Shown: positions 47,194-57,495 of the stretch, piece by piece
Layout of the letters: every line of letters begins with the position of its first letter
How positions within the stretch are numbered: the stretch's first letter is position 1
Assembly (NCBI GenBank): GCA_019115745.1
Contig: DXDA01000019.1
Span: 6,233 to 70,232, forward strand
Origin: Candidatus Alistipes intestinigallinarum
GTDB lineage: Bacteria; Bacteroidota; Bacteroidia; Bacteroidales; Rikenellaceae
Reading direction: 5' to 3'
Length of the DNA: 64,000 nucleotides
The notes under the pieces: generated by a model
What the model was told of the DNA's origin: nothing
What the model saw: only the letters and a program-made list of their open reading frames with translations
The model's database searches: none
Made by a program: the position numbers and the translations under genes

Positions 47194-49236
47194 TTATCCG
47201 ACCACGGCTCCATTGTTGGTCGAATCGCCGGGCTGCAGCAACCGTAATTTTCCGGAGGCATCCTCGGCCATCAGAATCATGCCTTTCGATAAAATACCCT
47301 TCAATTCGCGCGGTGCCAGATTGACCAACACGAGCACCTGTTTGCCGACCAACTCCTCGGGGGTGAAGTGTTCGGCGATTCCCGAGACGATTTCCCGCTT
47401 GTCGATACCCGTATCGACGGTCAGTTTCAACAATTTCTTGGTTTTGGCCACCTTTTCGGCCGCCAAAATCGTCGAAACACGGATATCCATCTTCTGAAAA
47501 TCGTCAAAGGAAACCGTATCTTTCTGTGGTTCAACATGTTGAGCCGCTTCCGCAGCCTGATTGGCCGCTTTCGTGGCTGCGAGCTTGTCCAATTGACGCT
47601 GAATCACATCATCCTCGATCTTTTCGAAGAGCAGCGACGGCTCGCCGATCTCGTGTCCGGCCGGAACCAGATCCATCGCCCCCAAACGCTCCCAACCGAA
47701 CTTCTCGACGGCCAGCATCTTCAGGATCTTCTCGGCCGAGAAGGGCATGAAGGGCTCAATGGCGATGGCCGTATTGGCCGTAATCTGAAGGGCGATATTA
47801 AGGATGGTCTTCACCCGTTCGAGGTCTGTCTTGACGACCTTCCAGGGCTCGGTATCGGCCAGGTATTTGTTGCCGATCCGCGAGATGTTCATGGCATCCT
47901 TCAGCGCCTCGCGGAAACGGTAGTGTTCAATATTGGCTTCGAGCGACGCCTTCACGGCAGCAACCTCGGCGATCGTCTCACGGTCATAGTCGGTCAACTC
48001 GCCGCAGACCGGAACCCGGCCCTCGAAATACTTCTTAGTCAACACCAGCGCCCGGTTGACAAAGTTGCCGAGAATGGCTACGAGTTCGTTGTTGTTCCGG
48101 GCCTGGAAATCCTTCCACGTGAAGTCGTTGTCCTTGGTTTCGGGGGCATTGGCGCAGAGCACGTAGCGCAACACATCCTCCTTGCCGGGGAACTCTTCGA
48201 GGTATTCATGCAGCCAGACAGCCCAGTTGCGCGAGGTGGAGATCTTGTCGCCTTCGAGGTTCAGGAACTCGTTGGCGGGAACGTTCTCCGGCAGGATATA
48301 GCCGCCGTGCGCCTTCAGCATCGAGGGGAAGACGATGCAGTGGAAGACGATATTGTCCTTGCCGATGAAGTGCACCATCTTGGTGTCCTCCGACTTCCAA
48401 TACTTCTCCCAATCGGGCGTAAGGTCCTTAGTAGCAGATATATAGCCGATCGGAGCATCGAACCATACATAGAGGACCTTTCCCTCGGCCCCTTCGACCG
48501 GCACGGGAATACCCCAGTCGAGGTCGCGGCTCACGGCACGCGGCTGCAGTCCGCCGTCGAGCCAGCTCTTGCACTGTCCGTAGACGTTCGATTTCCACTC
48601 CTTGTGCCCTTCGAGAATCCACTCGCGGAGGAACCCTTCGTACTGATCCAACGGGAGGTACCAGTGCTTTGTTTCGCGCTTGACAGGCACCGAGCCGGAC
48701 ACGGCGCTGTGGGGATCGATCAGCTCGTCGGGCGAGAGGGTCGAACCGCACTTCTCGCACTGGTCGCCATAAGCCCGGTCATTGCCGCACTTGGGGCAGG
48801 TTCCGACGATATAGCGGTCGGCCAGGAAGGTTTGCGCCTCCTCGTCGTAATACTGCATGGAGGTCTTTTCGATGAACTTGCCCTCGTCGTAGAGTTTTCG
48901 GAAGAAGGCCGAAGCGGTTTCGGCATGAGTTTTCGACGAGGTGCGCGAATAGATGTCGAACGACATGCCGAGCCCCTCGAACGACTTCTTGATGAGTTCA
49001 TGGTAGCGATCGACGATCTGCTGGGGCGAAACGCCCTCCTTGCGGGCCTTGATGGTGATGGGCACGCCGTGTTCGTCGGATCCGCAGACCGAAATGACGT
49101 CGCAGCCCTTGAGCCGCAGATAACGGGTATAGATATCCGAAGGTATGTAGACTCCCGCCAGGTGGCCGATATGTACGGGACCGTTGGCATAGGGGAGTGC
49201 AGATGTCACGAGATAGCGTTTGAACTCTTTTGCCAT
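47194..49236 (-). CDS. metG: Methionine--tRNA ligase
   Basis: [13 protein letters not shown], zinc knuckle, VWFDA, KISTS and C-terminal tRNA-binding domain. ATG at 49236; -7 element TACTTTTG at 49266-49273. Confidence 0.98.
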   Translation of the reverse strand: MAKEFKRYLVTSALPYANGPVHIGHLAGVYIPSDIYTRYLRLKGCDVISVCGSDEHGVPITIKARKEGVSPQQIVDRYHELIKKSFEGLGMSFDIYSRTSSKTHAETASAFFRKLYDEGKFIEKTSMQYYDEEAQTFLADRYIVGTCPKCGNDRAYGDQCEKCGSTLSPDELIDPHSAVSGSVPVKRETKHWYLPLDQYEGFLREWILEGHKEWKSNVYGQCKSWLDGGLQPRAVSRDLDWGIPVPVEGAEGKVLYVWFDAPIGYISATKDLTPDWEKYWKSEDTKMVHFIGKDNIVFHCIVFPSMLKAHGGYILPENVPANEFLNLEGDKISTSRNWAVWLHEYLEEFPGKEDVLRYVLCANAPETKDNDFTWKDFQARNNNELVAILGNFVNRALVLTKKYFEGRVPVCGELTDYDRETIAEVAAVKASLEANIEHYRFREALKDAMNISRIGNKYLADTEPWKVVKTDLERVKTILNIALQITANTAIAIEPFMPFSAEKILKMLAVEKFGWERLGAMDLVPAGHEIGEPSLLFEKIEDDVIQRQLDKLAATKAANQAAEAAQHVEPQKDTVSFDDFQKMDIRVSTILAAEKVAKTKKLLKLTVDTGIDKREIVSGIAEHFTPEELVGKQVLVLVNLAPRELKGILSKGMILMAEDASGKLRLLQPGDSTNNGAVVG

Positions 49237-49371
49237 AAACAGAATAGGAATTGCTGATTTTTCGTCAAAAGTACGAAATTTTAAAGGATTCCCGAACGAA
49301 AAGGGGAATTTTGTCACCCCTTGACGGGAAAAAGCGATTTTCCGTCAACCGCTCCACCCAGACCACAACCC

Positions 49372-49414
49372 AAAAAAAAGGGATTCGCCCCCGTTGGAAG
49401 CAAATCCCTTTTTT
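49372..49414. terminator. Terminator downstream of the S46 peptidase gene
   Basis: AAAAAAAAGGGATT...AATCCCTTTTTT. Confidence 0.7.
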
Positions 49415-49434
49415 CGTGTGTGCGGAACTCCGCT

Positions 49435-51570
49435 CTACTCAAACTGCAGCTCGTCCAAAAGCCAGCCGGCCCCGGCGAACTTGTCGACGATAAACAACAC
49501 GTAGCGAATATCCACGGCAATCGTGCGCTGCAATTCGGGCTCAAAGGCAATATCCCCCGACATCGCCTCCCAGTTGCCGTCGAAGGCCAGTCCGATCAGC
49601 ACACCGCGGTCGTTCAGCACCGGCGATCCGGAGTTGCCGCCCGTGATGTCGCAGTCGGCCAGGAAGGCAACCGGAAGCTCGCCCTTCGCATTGGCATAAC
49701 GCCCGAAATCCTTCGCGGCGTAGAGCTCCTTCAACTTCCCGGGGACGAAGAACTCCTGCGGATTCGCAGGATCCTCCTTCTCCATGACCCCCTTCAACGT
49801 CGTATAGTAGTTGTACTCGATGCCATCGGCCGGCGAATAGGGCAGCACACGGCCATAGGTCAGGCGGATTGTGAAGTTGGCATCCGACGCCCAGGCCTTT
49901 TTGGGATTCTGCAACATCAACCCGGCAATGTACTTGCGGTGCCCCTCGTCGTAGCGCTTCCGGGGCTCCTTGAGGGCCTCGGAGAGCTTCCCGTACTGCT
50001 CCAGGACCGACTTGGCCATCACGACGGCGGGATCCGAAGCGATCTTTTCCGGAGCATAGTCGTCCAGCAGGGCCATCACCTTCTCCTCGGAGACGAAAAG
50101 CGAATGGTCATAGAGGTAGTCCACATAGGCGTCGATATTGCCGCCGAACTCCTTGTCGACCACCTCCGCATAGAACGACGGCAGCTCCTTCATGTTCTCC
50201 CGGGCGATTGCAAGCATCCGCTTGGCCACCTTGCGGTCGGTCGCGGGGCTGTAATCCCTGTACCACTCGCCGAGCGACTCCTTCGACTCCTCGACCTGCT
50301 CGATCCTGGACTTCAACTCCAACGTCTTCCGGTTTCCGATGAAGGAACGGGTCGGCGAGAGCAGTTCGACCGCCGAAAGGAAGGCTTCAGCCAGATACTG
50401 ACGCGAAGCACTCAGCGGCGACATCTCCTCCACGGCCGAACGGATCTTTGCGAGGGCGTCGACATACCCCTCTTCGGGCAAGGTATTCTTTTCGGCCCAG
50501 GCCTGGAACGAAGCCTCCTGCGCCTCCTTGCGGGCCTTTACGTCGAGTTTCTCGATGCCGCGCGACATGCCGATCGAATTCTTCCAGTAGTTCGACGAGC
50601 GGGCGTATTTCGAGGCATACTGGATGCGCACGGCATCGCTGGCGATCATGTCCTTCCAGAGAATCGCCTGACGTTCGCCGCGGATGAAGATCCGCTGGGG
50701 ATTCTCGACCTTCAACAGATCATCGATCTCATACGACGTGGCATAGCGCTCCGTGGAGCCGGGGAATCCCATGATCATGGCGAAGTCGTTCTCGTCGACG
50801 CCGTCCAACGAGATCTTCAAGAATTTTTCGGCCTTGTAGGGGCGGTTTTCGGGCGAATATTCGGCCGGGCGGTTGTCCGGTCCGGCATAGACGCGGAAGA
50901 TCGAGAAATCGCCCGTATGGCGCGGCCACATCCAGTTGTCGGTATCACCTCCGAACTTGCCGATCGACGAGGGGGGCGTGCCGACCAGCCGCACATCCTT
51001 GTAGACCTCCATCACGAAGGCGAAGAACTGGTTGCCGCCGAAGAAGGACTCCACCGAGATCTCCATTCCCGGATTCTCCTCGCCGAGCCGTTTTTCGATA
51101 GCCGCGATGTTCTCGTCCGTGATGCGCTCATACTCCTCCTGCGAGGCGATCGAGGGGACGTTGCCCAGCACCTCGGCCGAGACGTCGGCGATCCGGCGGA
51201 TGAAGCGCACTTCGAGTCCCGGAGCGGGCAGCTCCTCGGCCTGCGACATGGCCCAGAAACCGTTTTTGAGGTAGTCATGCTCGACGCTCGACAACTGCTG
51301 AATCGAGGCATAACCGCAGTGGTGGTTCGTGAAGAGCAGCCCTTCGGGCGAGACGATTTCGCCCGTGCAGCCGCCGCCGAAAATGACGACAGCGTCCTTG
51401 AGCGACGACTTGTTCACGCTGTAGATCTCCTCGGCGGAGAGCTTGCAGCCGCGCTCCTTCATGTTCCTGATGTTCATTTTCTGAAGGTAGGGCAGAAGCC
51501 ACATCCCTTCATCGGCGAACGAACTCCACGAAAGCGAGATCGCCGCCAGCAGCAAAAGAAATTTTTTCAT
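49435..51570 (-). CDS. dpp7: S46 dipeptidyl peptidase, DPP7-type
   Basis: DEGMWL, TNHHC, WPRHTGDF and TGGNSGSPV. AFDGNWE has Gly at the S1 position where DPP11 has Arg. Confidence 0.9.
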   Translation of the reverse strand: MKKFLLLLAAISLSWSSFADEGMWLLPYLQKMNIRNMKERGCKLSAEEIYSVNKSSLKDAVVIFGGGCTGEIVSPEGLLFTNHHCGYASIQQLSSVEHDYLKNGFWAMSQAEELPAPGLEVRFIRRIADVSAEVLGNVPSIASQEEYERITDENIAAIEKRLGEENPGMEISVESFFGGNQFFAFVMEVYKDVRLVGTPPSSIGKFGGDTDNWMWPRHTGDFSIFRVYAGPDNRPAEYSPENRPYKAEKFLKISLDGVDENDFAMIMGFPGSTERYATSYEIDDLLKVENPQRIFIRGERQAILWKDMIASDAVRIQYASKYARSSNYWKNSIGMSRGIEKLDVKARKEAQEASFQAWAEKNTLPEEGYVDALAKIRSAVEEMSPLSASRQYLAEAFLSAVELLSPTRSFIGNRKTLELKSRIEQVEESKESLGEWYRDYSPATDRKVAKRMLAIARENMKELPSFYAEVVDKEFGGNIDAYVDYLYDHSLFVSEEKVMALLDDYAPEKIASDPAVVMAKSVLEQYGKLSEALKEPRKRYDEGHRKYIAGLMLQNPKKAWASDANFTIRLTYGRVLPYSPADGIEYNYYTTLKGVMEKEDPANPQEFFVPGKLKELYAAKDFGRYANAKGELPVAFLADCDITGGNSGSPVLNDRGVLIGLAFDGNWEAMSGDIAFEPELQRTIAVDIRYVLFIVDKFAGAGWLLDELQFE

Positions 51571-51640
51571 CAACAATAAGCGGATTAAAGTTTTCGATCA
51601 TGTATCGTTTCTCGCACGGATCCGACTCCCGCCCCCCGGA

Positions 51641-52582
51641 CTACCGGATGGCGATCATGTTGCGGATCGAGCGTTCGGCGGCCCGGCGGGTCTCCTCGTC
51701 GAGCACGATCTCCGGCGATTCGTTCTCCAGGCACGAGCAGATATTCTCCAGGGTCACCATCTTCATGTACTTGCAGTTGTTGCAGGCACACGTCTCGTCA
51801 TCGGGCGGCGCCGGGATGAAGACCTTCTCCGGATAGCGTTTCCGCATCTCCGCGAGGATGCCGGCCTCGGTCACGACGATGAACTCCCGGGCCTCGCTTC
51901 GCCCGCAGTAGTCGAGGATCCCGGCCGTCGAGCCCACATAGTCGGCCACTTCGACGATATAGGCCCGGCACTCGGGGTGTACGACCACCTTCGCGTCGGG
52001 GTGTTCGCGTTTGAGCTGCAGGATCTTTTCCAGCGAAAACTCCTCGTGAACGTGGCAGGCGCCGTTCCACAGCACCATGTTCTTCCGTCCGGTCAGCTTT
52101 TGAATATAGGAGCCCAGGTTGCGGTCCGGGGCGAAGATCAGCGGCTGGTCGGCAGGCAGCGACTCCACAACCTTCAGGGCGTTGGACGACGTGCAGCAGA
52201 CATCCGTCAGGGCCTTGACTCCGACCGTCGTATTGACGTACGAGACGACCTTGTATCCGGGATACTTCGCCTTGAAGGCGGCGAACTCCGCGGCATCACA
52301 CGACTCGGCCAGCGAGCAGCCCGCCTCGGGGCACGGTATGAGCACCTTTTTATCGGGACAGAGAACCTTGGCGGTTTCGGCCATGAAGTGCACTCCGGCG
52401 AAGAGGATGATCCGGGCCTCGACCTGTTGGGCCTGGACCGAGAGGGCGAGCGAATCGCCCAGGAAGTCGGCCACGGCCTGCACTTCGGGCGTCGTATAGT
52501 AATGGGCCAGGATGATGGCGTTCTTCTCGCGTTTGAGCGCCTCGATGCGGCGGCTGAGTTCGGAGGAGTTTTCGACGTTCAT
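51641..52582 (-). CDS. nadA: Quinolinate synthase
   Basis: ILAHYY, GDSLALS, GVHFMAETAK, AGCSLA, YVNT, CTSSNA, CHVH, HPEC and CKYMK. Confidence 0.97.
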   Translation of the reverse strand: MNVENSSELSRRIEALKREKNAIILAHYYTTPEVQAVADFLGDSLALSVQAQQVEARIILFAGVHFMAETAKVLCPDKKVLIPCPEAGCSLAESCDAAEFAAFKAKYPGYKVVSYVNTTVGVKALTDVCCTSSNALKVVESLPADQPLIFAPDRNLGSYIQKLTGRKNMVLWNGACHVHEEFSLEKILQLKREHPDAKVVVHPECRAYIVEVADYVGSTAGILDYCGRSEAREFIVVTEAGILAEMRKRYPEKVFIPAPPDDETCACNNCKYMKMVTLENICSCLENESPEIVLDEETRRAAERSIRNMIAIR

Positions 52583-52988
52583 CGCTTTTTTGTTTTTATT
52601 CCTTTTAAATAAATTTAAATAAATAAAAAAGAAGAATAAATAGAATAGCTGTTGATACTGTTGACAACTTCGGCTGTTATTTTCCTATCAACATTTTTCC
52701 TTTTTCCTTTTGATTTATTTTTTTATTTAAAATGTTGGTTTTTAATAGAATCAAAGAAAATATAAACAATTGTTCATATTGGTTTTCCACATTTCGACAG
52801 TCCCATTTTTTCAACATTGGATTCCCTTTTCCGACGGATTCCGGACGGCACAACTTTTTATAAAAAAATTTGTTTTCGGCGATTTTCCGTATATACCCGC
52901 ATCACTTTCCGAAATGCAAGTTTTTGGCCCGTCAAGTTATGCTTATTTTTCATCCGTTGTTGAACGGGTTATCGACAACTTGTCAACC
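52583..52988. other. Candidate chromosomal replication origin (oriC)
   Basis: About 400 bp, very AT-rich, in a GC-rich genome. DnaA-box-like 9-mers at 52650, 52659, 52685, 52783, 52808, 52958 and 52969. mnmG and parS lie 6-8 kb away, and the G/C skew appears to switch here. Confidence 0.7.
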
Positions 52989-54035
52989 GTTTTTCATCAC
53001 TTTGCTGACAATCTTCTCCGCGATTGCCCGGTAGCGCTCCTCCACCTCGGGATGGGTCGACGTGGCCGGACGACCCTCTTCCGAACCCTCCATAATCGAC
53101 TGAACGATCGGAATTTCGCCCAGGAAATCCACGCCGTTCTGCTCGGCGTAGGCCCGGGCTCCGCCCCGGCCGAAGAGGTAGTAACGGTTCTGCGGAAGCT
53201 CCGCCGGCGTAAACCACGCCATGTTCTCGATGATACCCGCAACGGGAATGTTGACATTTTCGTTGCGGAACATCTCCACACCGCGCACCACGTCGGCCAC
53301 GGCCACCTGCTGCGGCGTCGAGACGATCACCGCGGCATCGATCTTCAGCTCCCCGATGATCGACAGGTGTACGTCGCCCGTGCCGGGAGGCAGGTCCGCC
53401 AGCAGGAAGTCCAGCGTCCCCCAGCGGGTCTGGTGAATCATCTGTTTCAGGGCGCTTACGGCCATGGCTCCGCGCCACAGCAGCGCGTCGGTGGGTTTGA
53501 TGAAGAAGCCGATCGACATCAGCCGGATATCCATCGACTCGGCCGGAATGATGTGCTCCTTCCCCTCTTCGACGATCGCTTCCGGCAGGTAGCCTTCGAC
53601 GCCGAACATCTTGGGTTGCGAAGGGCCGTAGATGTCGGCATCGAGTACGCCGACCCGGAAGCCCATGTTCCGCAGGGCGATGGCCAGGTTGGCCGTCACG
53701 GTGGACTTGCCTACCCCGCCCTTTCCCGAAGCGACGGCAATCACCTTGGCGATACCGCCCGTCGTGGTCGAGAGTTTCGGTTCCGGACGCGGGGCCGCGC
53801 CCCCCTCCTTGATGACGACGAGGACTTCGGAACCCGGGAATGCCTCGCGCAGCAGGTTTTCCGCCTGGTTCTTGATCTTCACGGCGAAGGGATCGCGGGC
53901 CTTGGCGAAACGCAGCACGACGGTCACCTTTCCTCCGGCCGTGGCGAGGTGTTCGATGAATCCGCTCGTGACGAGGTCTTTTCCCGTTTCGGGGTGGACG
54001 ATCGAGGCGAGCAGCTCTTTTATTTTATCTTCCAT
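52983..54035 (-). CDS. mrp: Mrp/NBP35 (ApbC) Fe-S cluster carrier ATPase
   Basis: SGKGGVGKST, DADIYGPS, WRG, DLPPGTGD and ENMA. ATG at 54035; -7 element TATCTTTG at 54060-54067. Confidence 0.93.
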   Translation of the reverse strand: MEDKIKELLASIVHPETGKDLVTSGFIEHLATAGGKVTVVLRFAKARDPFAVKIKNQAENLLREAFPGSEVLVVIKEGGAAPRPEPKLSTTTGGIAKVIAVASGKGGVGKSTVTANLAIALRNMGFRVGVLDADIYGPSQPKMFGVEGYLPEAIVEEGKEHIIPAESMDIRLMSIGFFIKPTDALLWRGAMAVSALKQMIHQTRWGTLDFLLADLPPGTGDVHLSIIGELKIDAAVIVSTPQQVAVADVVRGVEMFRNENVNIPVAGIIENMAWFTPAELPQNRYYLFGRGGARAYAEQNGVDFLGEIPIVQSIMEGSEEGRPATSTHPEVEERYRAIAEKIVSKVMKNG

Positions 54036-54107
54036 AACTGTAGCATGTAACATTTGCTGCAAAGATAACGCATATTTTCAGGATTAAATACATAACGGGA
54101 ATTTATT

Positions 54108-54162
54108 TTATCGAAAAACGATAAATTTTATTTGTTTGTCGTAAAATATTTCTATATTTGCG
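54108..54162 (+). promoter_or_regulatory. sppA promoter with upstream palindrome TTATCG-N5-CGATAA
   Basis: Palindrome at 54108-54124, TTTG at 54131 and TATATTTG at 54153. Confidence 0.75.
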
Positions 54163-54383
54163 TAGAAGAATCGACTATTTTTCCAACCGGGCATTCCGGC
54201 GGCACCGGATTGGCCGCCGCTTTCGATAGAGGGTTTCTGGATTTCGGGGATTTTTCAGACCTGTTTTTCGGGGTCCGGACAGGCGGGAATGGTGAAACGT
54301 AAGGAGGAACCGCATCTTTTTTGAGCCGATTCGATGCAGTTCGGAGATTCGTAAATGGAAACAATATATAAATATAGGAGATT

Positions 54384-56159
54384 ATGAATTTTGTAAAAAC
54401 CTTTTTGGCGGGACTTCTCGCGGTTGTCGTGGGAACGTTCCTCGTATTTTTCCTGTGGATTTTCCTCCTGTTGGGGATTGCCGGTTCGATGGAGAAGAGC
54501 GTGGCGGTCTATCCCGAATCGATCCTGAAGATCGACTTTTCGGAGATGCTGACCGATGCGCCGTCGTCCGATCCGCTGGCGGGGATCGACGTCATGACGC
54601 TTCAGTCCATGCCTCAGCTCTCGTTGTTCAAGGCGCTCCGGGCCCTCGAAGCGGCGGCTGCCGACGACCGGATCAAGGGTGTCTACCTGCGGATGAACGG
54701 TGCGGGCGGGATTGCCGGTACGGCCCTGCTCGAAGAGTTGCGGGCAGCCCTCGAAGAGTTCAAGCAGAGCGGCAAGTTCGTGGTGGCCTATAACGAGACC
54801 TACTCCCAGGGGCAGTATTACCTCGCTTCGGTGGCCGACCGCATCTACCTGCAGCCCGAAGGGGGAATGGACTGGTCGGGACTCGCCTCGAACGTCACCT
54901 TCTACAAGGGATTGCTGGATAAACTCGACCTCAACGTGGAGGTTTTCCGCCCGACGGCCTGCCAATACAAGAGCGCCGTGGAGCCGTTTATCCTGGAGAA
55001 GATGTCGCCGGCCAACCGCGAACAGATGCAGGCACTGGTCAATTCGATGTGGGCGACCATTTCGGGGGATGTCTGCGCCGCGCGCGGCATCGACTCCGTG
55101 GAGATGCGCCGCATTACGGACAACCTCGAAGTGACGCTTGCCGACGAGGCCCTCAAGTACGGCTTCGTCGATGAACTGCTCTATGAAGATCAGATGGAGG
55201 ATGTCTTTGCCGGTCTGGGTGTGGAGTCTGACGGTGGGGATTACCGTTTCGTGACGCTCGGTGAATACGCCTCGCAGGTGGGTGCCGATCTGAAAAACAT
55301 CTCGGCCGATCAGGTGGCGATCGTCTACGCCGACGGCCAGATCGTCGACGGCGAGGGTTACGGCAAAGAGATCTACGGCAATACGCTGGCTGCGAAACTG
55401 GCCGACGTGCGCCGGAACGAACAGGTCAAGGCGGTGGTTGTGCGGGTCAACTCCCCGGGCGGCAGCGCCTTGGCTTCGGATGTGATCTGGCGCGAGATGG
55501 AGCTTCTGCGGGCCGAGAAGCCCGTGATTGTCTCGATGGGCTCCTATGCGGCCAGCGGCGGATACTACATCTCCTGCCCGGCCGATGTGATCGTGGCCGA
55601 CCGGCTGACGCTGACCGGTTCGATCGGAGTCTTCGGGATGATCCTCGATCCGCGCGATGCCCTCAAGAACAAACTTGGAATCACCATCGACGGGGTTCAG
55701 AGCAATGCGTCGTCGGATTTTCTGGGCAAGGGTCCGCTGACCCCCGTACAGCGGGCGATGATCATGCGCGGGGTGGACCGGGTCTATACGACCTTTACGA
55801 ACGACGTCTCCAAGGGGCGTAACCTGCCGATCGAACGGGTGCTGGAGATTGCCGGCGGACGGGTATGGTCGGGGGAGGATGCCCTGGAGATCGGACTGGT
55901 GGATGGCTGCGGCGGTCTGAAGACGGCCATTGCCCTGGCGGTGGACAAGGCCGGATTGGGCGACAGCTACCGGGTGGTCGAGGTGACGGAGCAGCCCACG
56001 GGACTGGCGGCCATTCTGGCTTCGTTGAATCAGAGTGTCCGTGCGGCGTTCACGCGTTCGGAGTTGGGTGACATGATGAAGGAGTACGAGACGGTCCGTG
56101 AGGCGTTGAGCCAGCAGGGAATCGTGATGTATTCGCCCTATCGCGTGGAGTTGCGTTAA
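54384..56159 (+). CDS. sppA: Signal peptide peptidase SppA (S49, 67K type)
   Basis: YYLASVAD, YKSAVEP, RVNSPGGS, AASGGY, TGSIGV and GRVWSG. Confidence 0.96.
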   Translation: MNFVKTFLAGLLAVVVGTFLVFFLWIFLLLGIAGSMEKSVAVYPESILKIDFSEMLTDAPSSDPLAGIDVMTLQSMPQLSLFKALRALEAAAADDRIKGVYLRMNGAGGIAGTALLEELRAALEEFKQSGKFVVAYNETYSQGQYYLASVADRIYLQPEGGMDWSGLASNVTFYKGLLDKLDLNVEVFRPTACQYKSAVEPFILEKMSPANREQMQALVNSMWATISGDVCAARGIDSVEMRRITDNLEVTLADEALKYGFVDELLYEDQMEDVFAGLGVESDGGDYRFVTLGEYASQVGADLKNISADQVAIVYADGQIVDGEGYGKEIYGNTLAAKLADVRRNEQVKAVVVRVNSPGGSALASDVIWREMELLRAEKPVIVSMGSYAASGGYYISCPADVIVADRLTLTGSIGVFGMILDPRDALKNKLGITIDGVQSNASSDFLGKGPLTPVQRAMIMRGVDRVYTTFTNDVSKGRNLPIERVLEIAGGRVWSGEDALEIGLVDGCGGLKTAIALAVDKAGLGDSYRVVEVTEQPTGLAAILASLNQSVRAAFTRSELGDMMKEYETVREALSQQGIVMYSPYRVELR

Positions 56160-56180
56160 GGCGGTATTTTATACGCTGTG

Positions 56181-56214
56181 GAGGCCTTCCCGAAATGCGG
56201 GAGGGCCTCTTTTC
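56181..56214 (+). terminator. Terminator after sppA
   Basis: GAGGCCTTCCCG-loop-CGGGAGGGCCTC-TTTT. Confidence 0.75.
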
Positions 56215-56317
56215 GTATTCGGGGCCGAATCGGTGCCTTTTTGGCATAAAAAGCAAAAGAAAAGAAGGATATGTTAAAAAAGTATCGTATCTTGTAACGG
56301 CATATCATTTCACGCCT

Positions 56318-57202
56318 ATGGAAAAGCAGTACGAGGATGCAATTTACGAGATTACGCCACTGTCGGAAAAGGATTGTTTCTACATCATCGAGCGTTACAA
56401 GTCGGAATGTACGTTCCCGCTCCACTCCCACGCCGAGTACGAGCTCAATTTCGTGGAGAACGGACGGGGAATCCAACGTATCGTGGGAGATTCCATCGAG
56501 GAGATCGGCGATTACGACCTGACCCTGATTACGGGCAGAGAGTTGAAACACGCCTGGAAACAGCACAAATGCACCTCGAAAAAGATTCGTGAGATTACGA
56601 TCCAGTTCTCTTCGGATCTGTTTTTCGGGAGTCTGCTCTCCAAAAACCAGTTCAACTCCATCCTTCACATGCTTGAAAAGGCGCGTGTGGGGTGCTCCTT
56701 TCCCATGAGTGCCATCCTGAAGGTCTACTCGCTGCTCGACCGGCTCGCTTCGGAACAGGGCTTTTATGCGGTTCTGAAGTTTCTGACCATCCTCTACGAA
56801 TTGTCGCTGTGCGAGTCGCGCCCCCTGTCGAGCAGTTCGTTCGCCTGCATCAGCGATTCGGCGGACAGCCGCCGCGTGCAGAAGATCTATGCCTATATCA
56901 ACCGCAATTATAACAAGGAGATCCGCCTTGCGCAGTTGGCCGAACTCGTGGGGATGAGCCCGACGGCATTCAGCCGTTTTTTCAGCCAGCGAACGGGGAA
57001 AAACCTCTCCGACTACCTGATTGAGATCCGTTTGGGTCATGCGGTGCGTATGCTGGTGAATACGACCCAGTCGGTTTCCGAGATCTGTTTCGAGTGCGGC
57101 TTCAACAACATCTCGAACTTCAACCGCATCTTCAAGCGCAAAAAGGGGTGTTCGCCCAAAGAGTTTCGCAGTAATTACCAGCGGGTGAAGAAGATCATAT
57201 AA
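56318..57202 (+). CDS. AraC family transcriptional regulator (cupin plus HTH)
   Basis: PLHSHAEYELN cupin, RIVGDS and EICFECGFNNISNFNRIFK. ATG at 56318. Confidence 0.93.
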   Translation: MEKQYEDAIYEITPLSEKDCFYIIERYKSECTFPLHSHAEYELNFVENGRGIQRIVGDSIEEIGDYDLTLITGRELKHAWKQHKCTSKKIREITIQFSSDLFFGSLLSKNQFNSILHMLEKARVGCSFPMSAILKVYSLLDRLASEQGFYAVLKFLTILYELSLCESRPLSSSSFACISDSADSRRVQKIYAYINRNYNKEIRLAQLAELVGMSPTAFSRFFSQRTGKNLSDYLIEIRLGHAVRMLVNTTQSVSEICFECGFNNISNFNRIFKRKKGCSPKEFRSNYQRVKKII

Positions 57203-57417
57203 CGCTGAGAGGGGCTTTTGTCTCCTTTTTCGTGGGGGTGAGGAGTCGGTTCGGTCTGCTGGCACCTTATCTCCAGTGCTTTTTTGCCAACTTTTCGGTG
57301 GTGGTATACGGCTTCGGCCCGGGGAAATATCGTATGGTATTGGTCTTTTCCCTCTTCGGGGAGGGCTAAGTGTAATTCTTTGCTAAGAAAGTATCAATAT
57401 ATGATGATATGGTACAC

Positions 57418-57425
57418 TAAATTTG
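57418..57425 (+). promoter_or_regulatory. -7 element (TAAATTTG) of the third susC
   Basis: Matches TAnnTTTG about 70 nt upstream of the ATG. Confidence 0.6.
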
Positions 57426-57495
57426 CTGTCGAATTTAGTGGTGAATCCGACTTTGGGGTCGGAAAGCCGTAAGACCTAAACTTAAAATCATTATT

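Noticed and set aside
52770-54050. 426-aa + strand ORF crossing the oriC candidate
   Set aside because: It is antisense to mrp with a TTG start in AT-rich DNA and shows no protein motifs.
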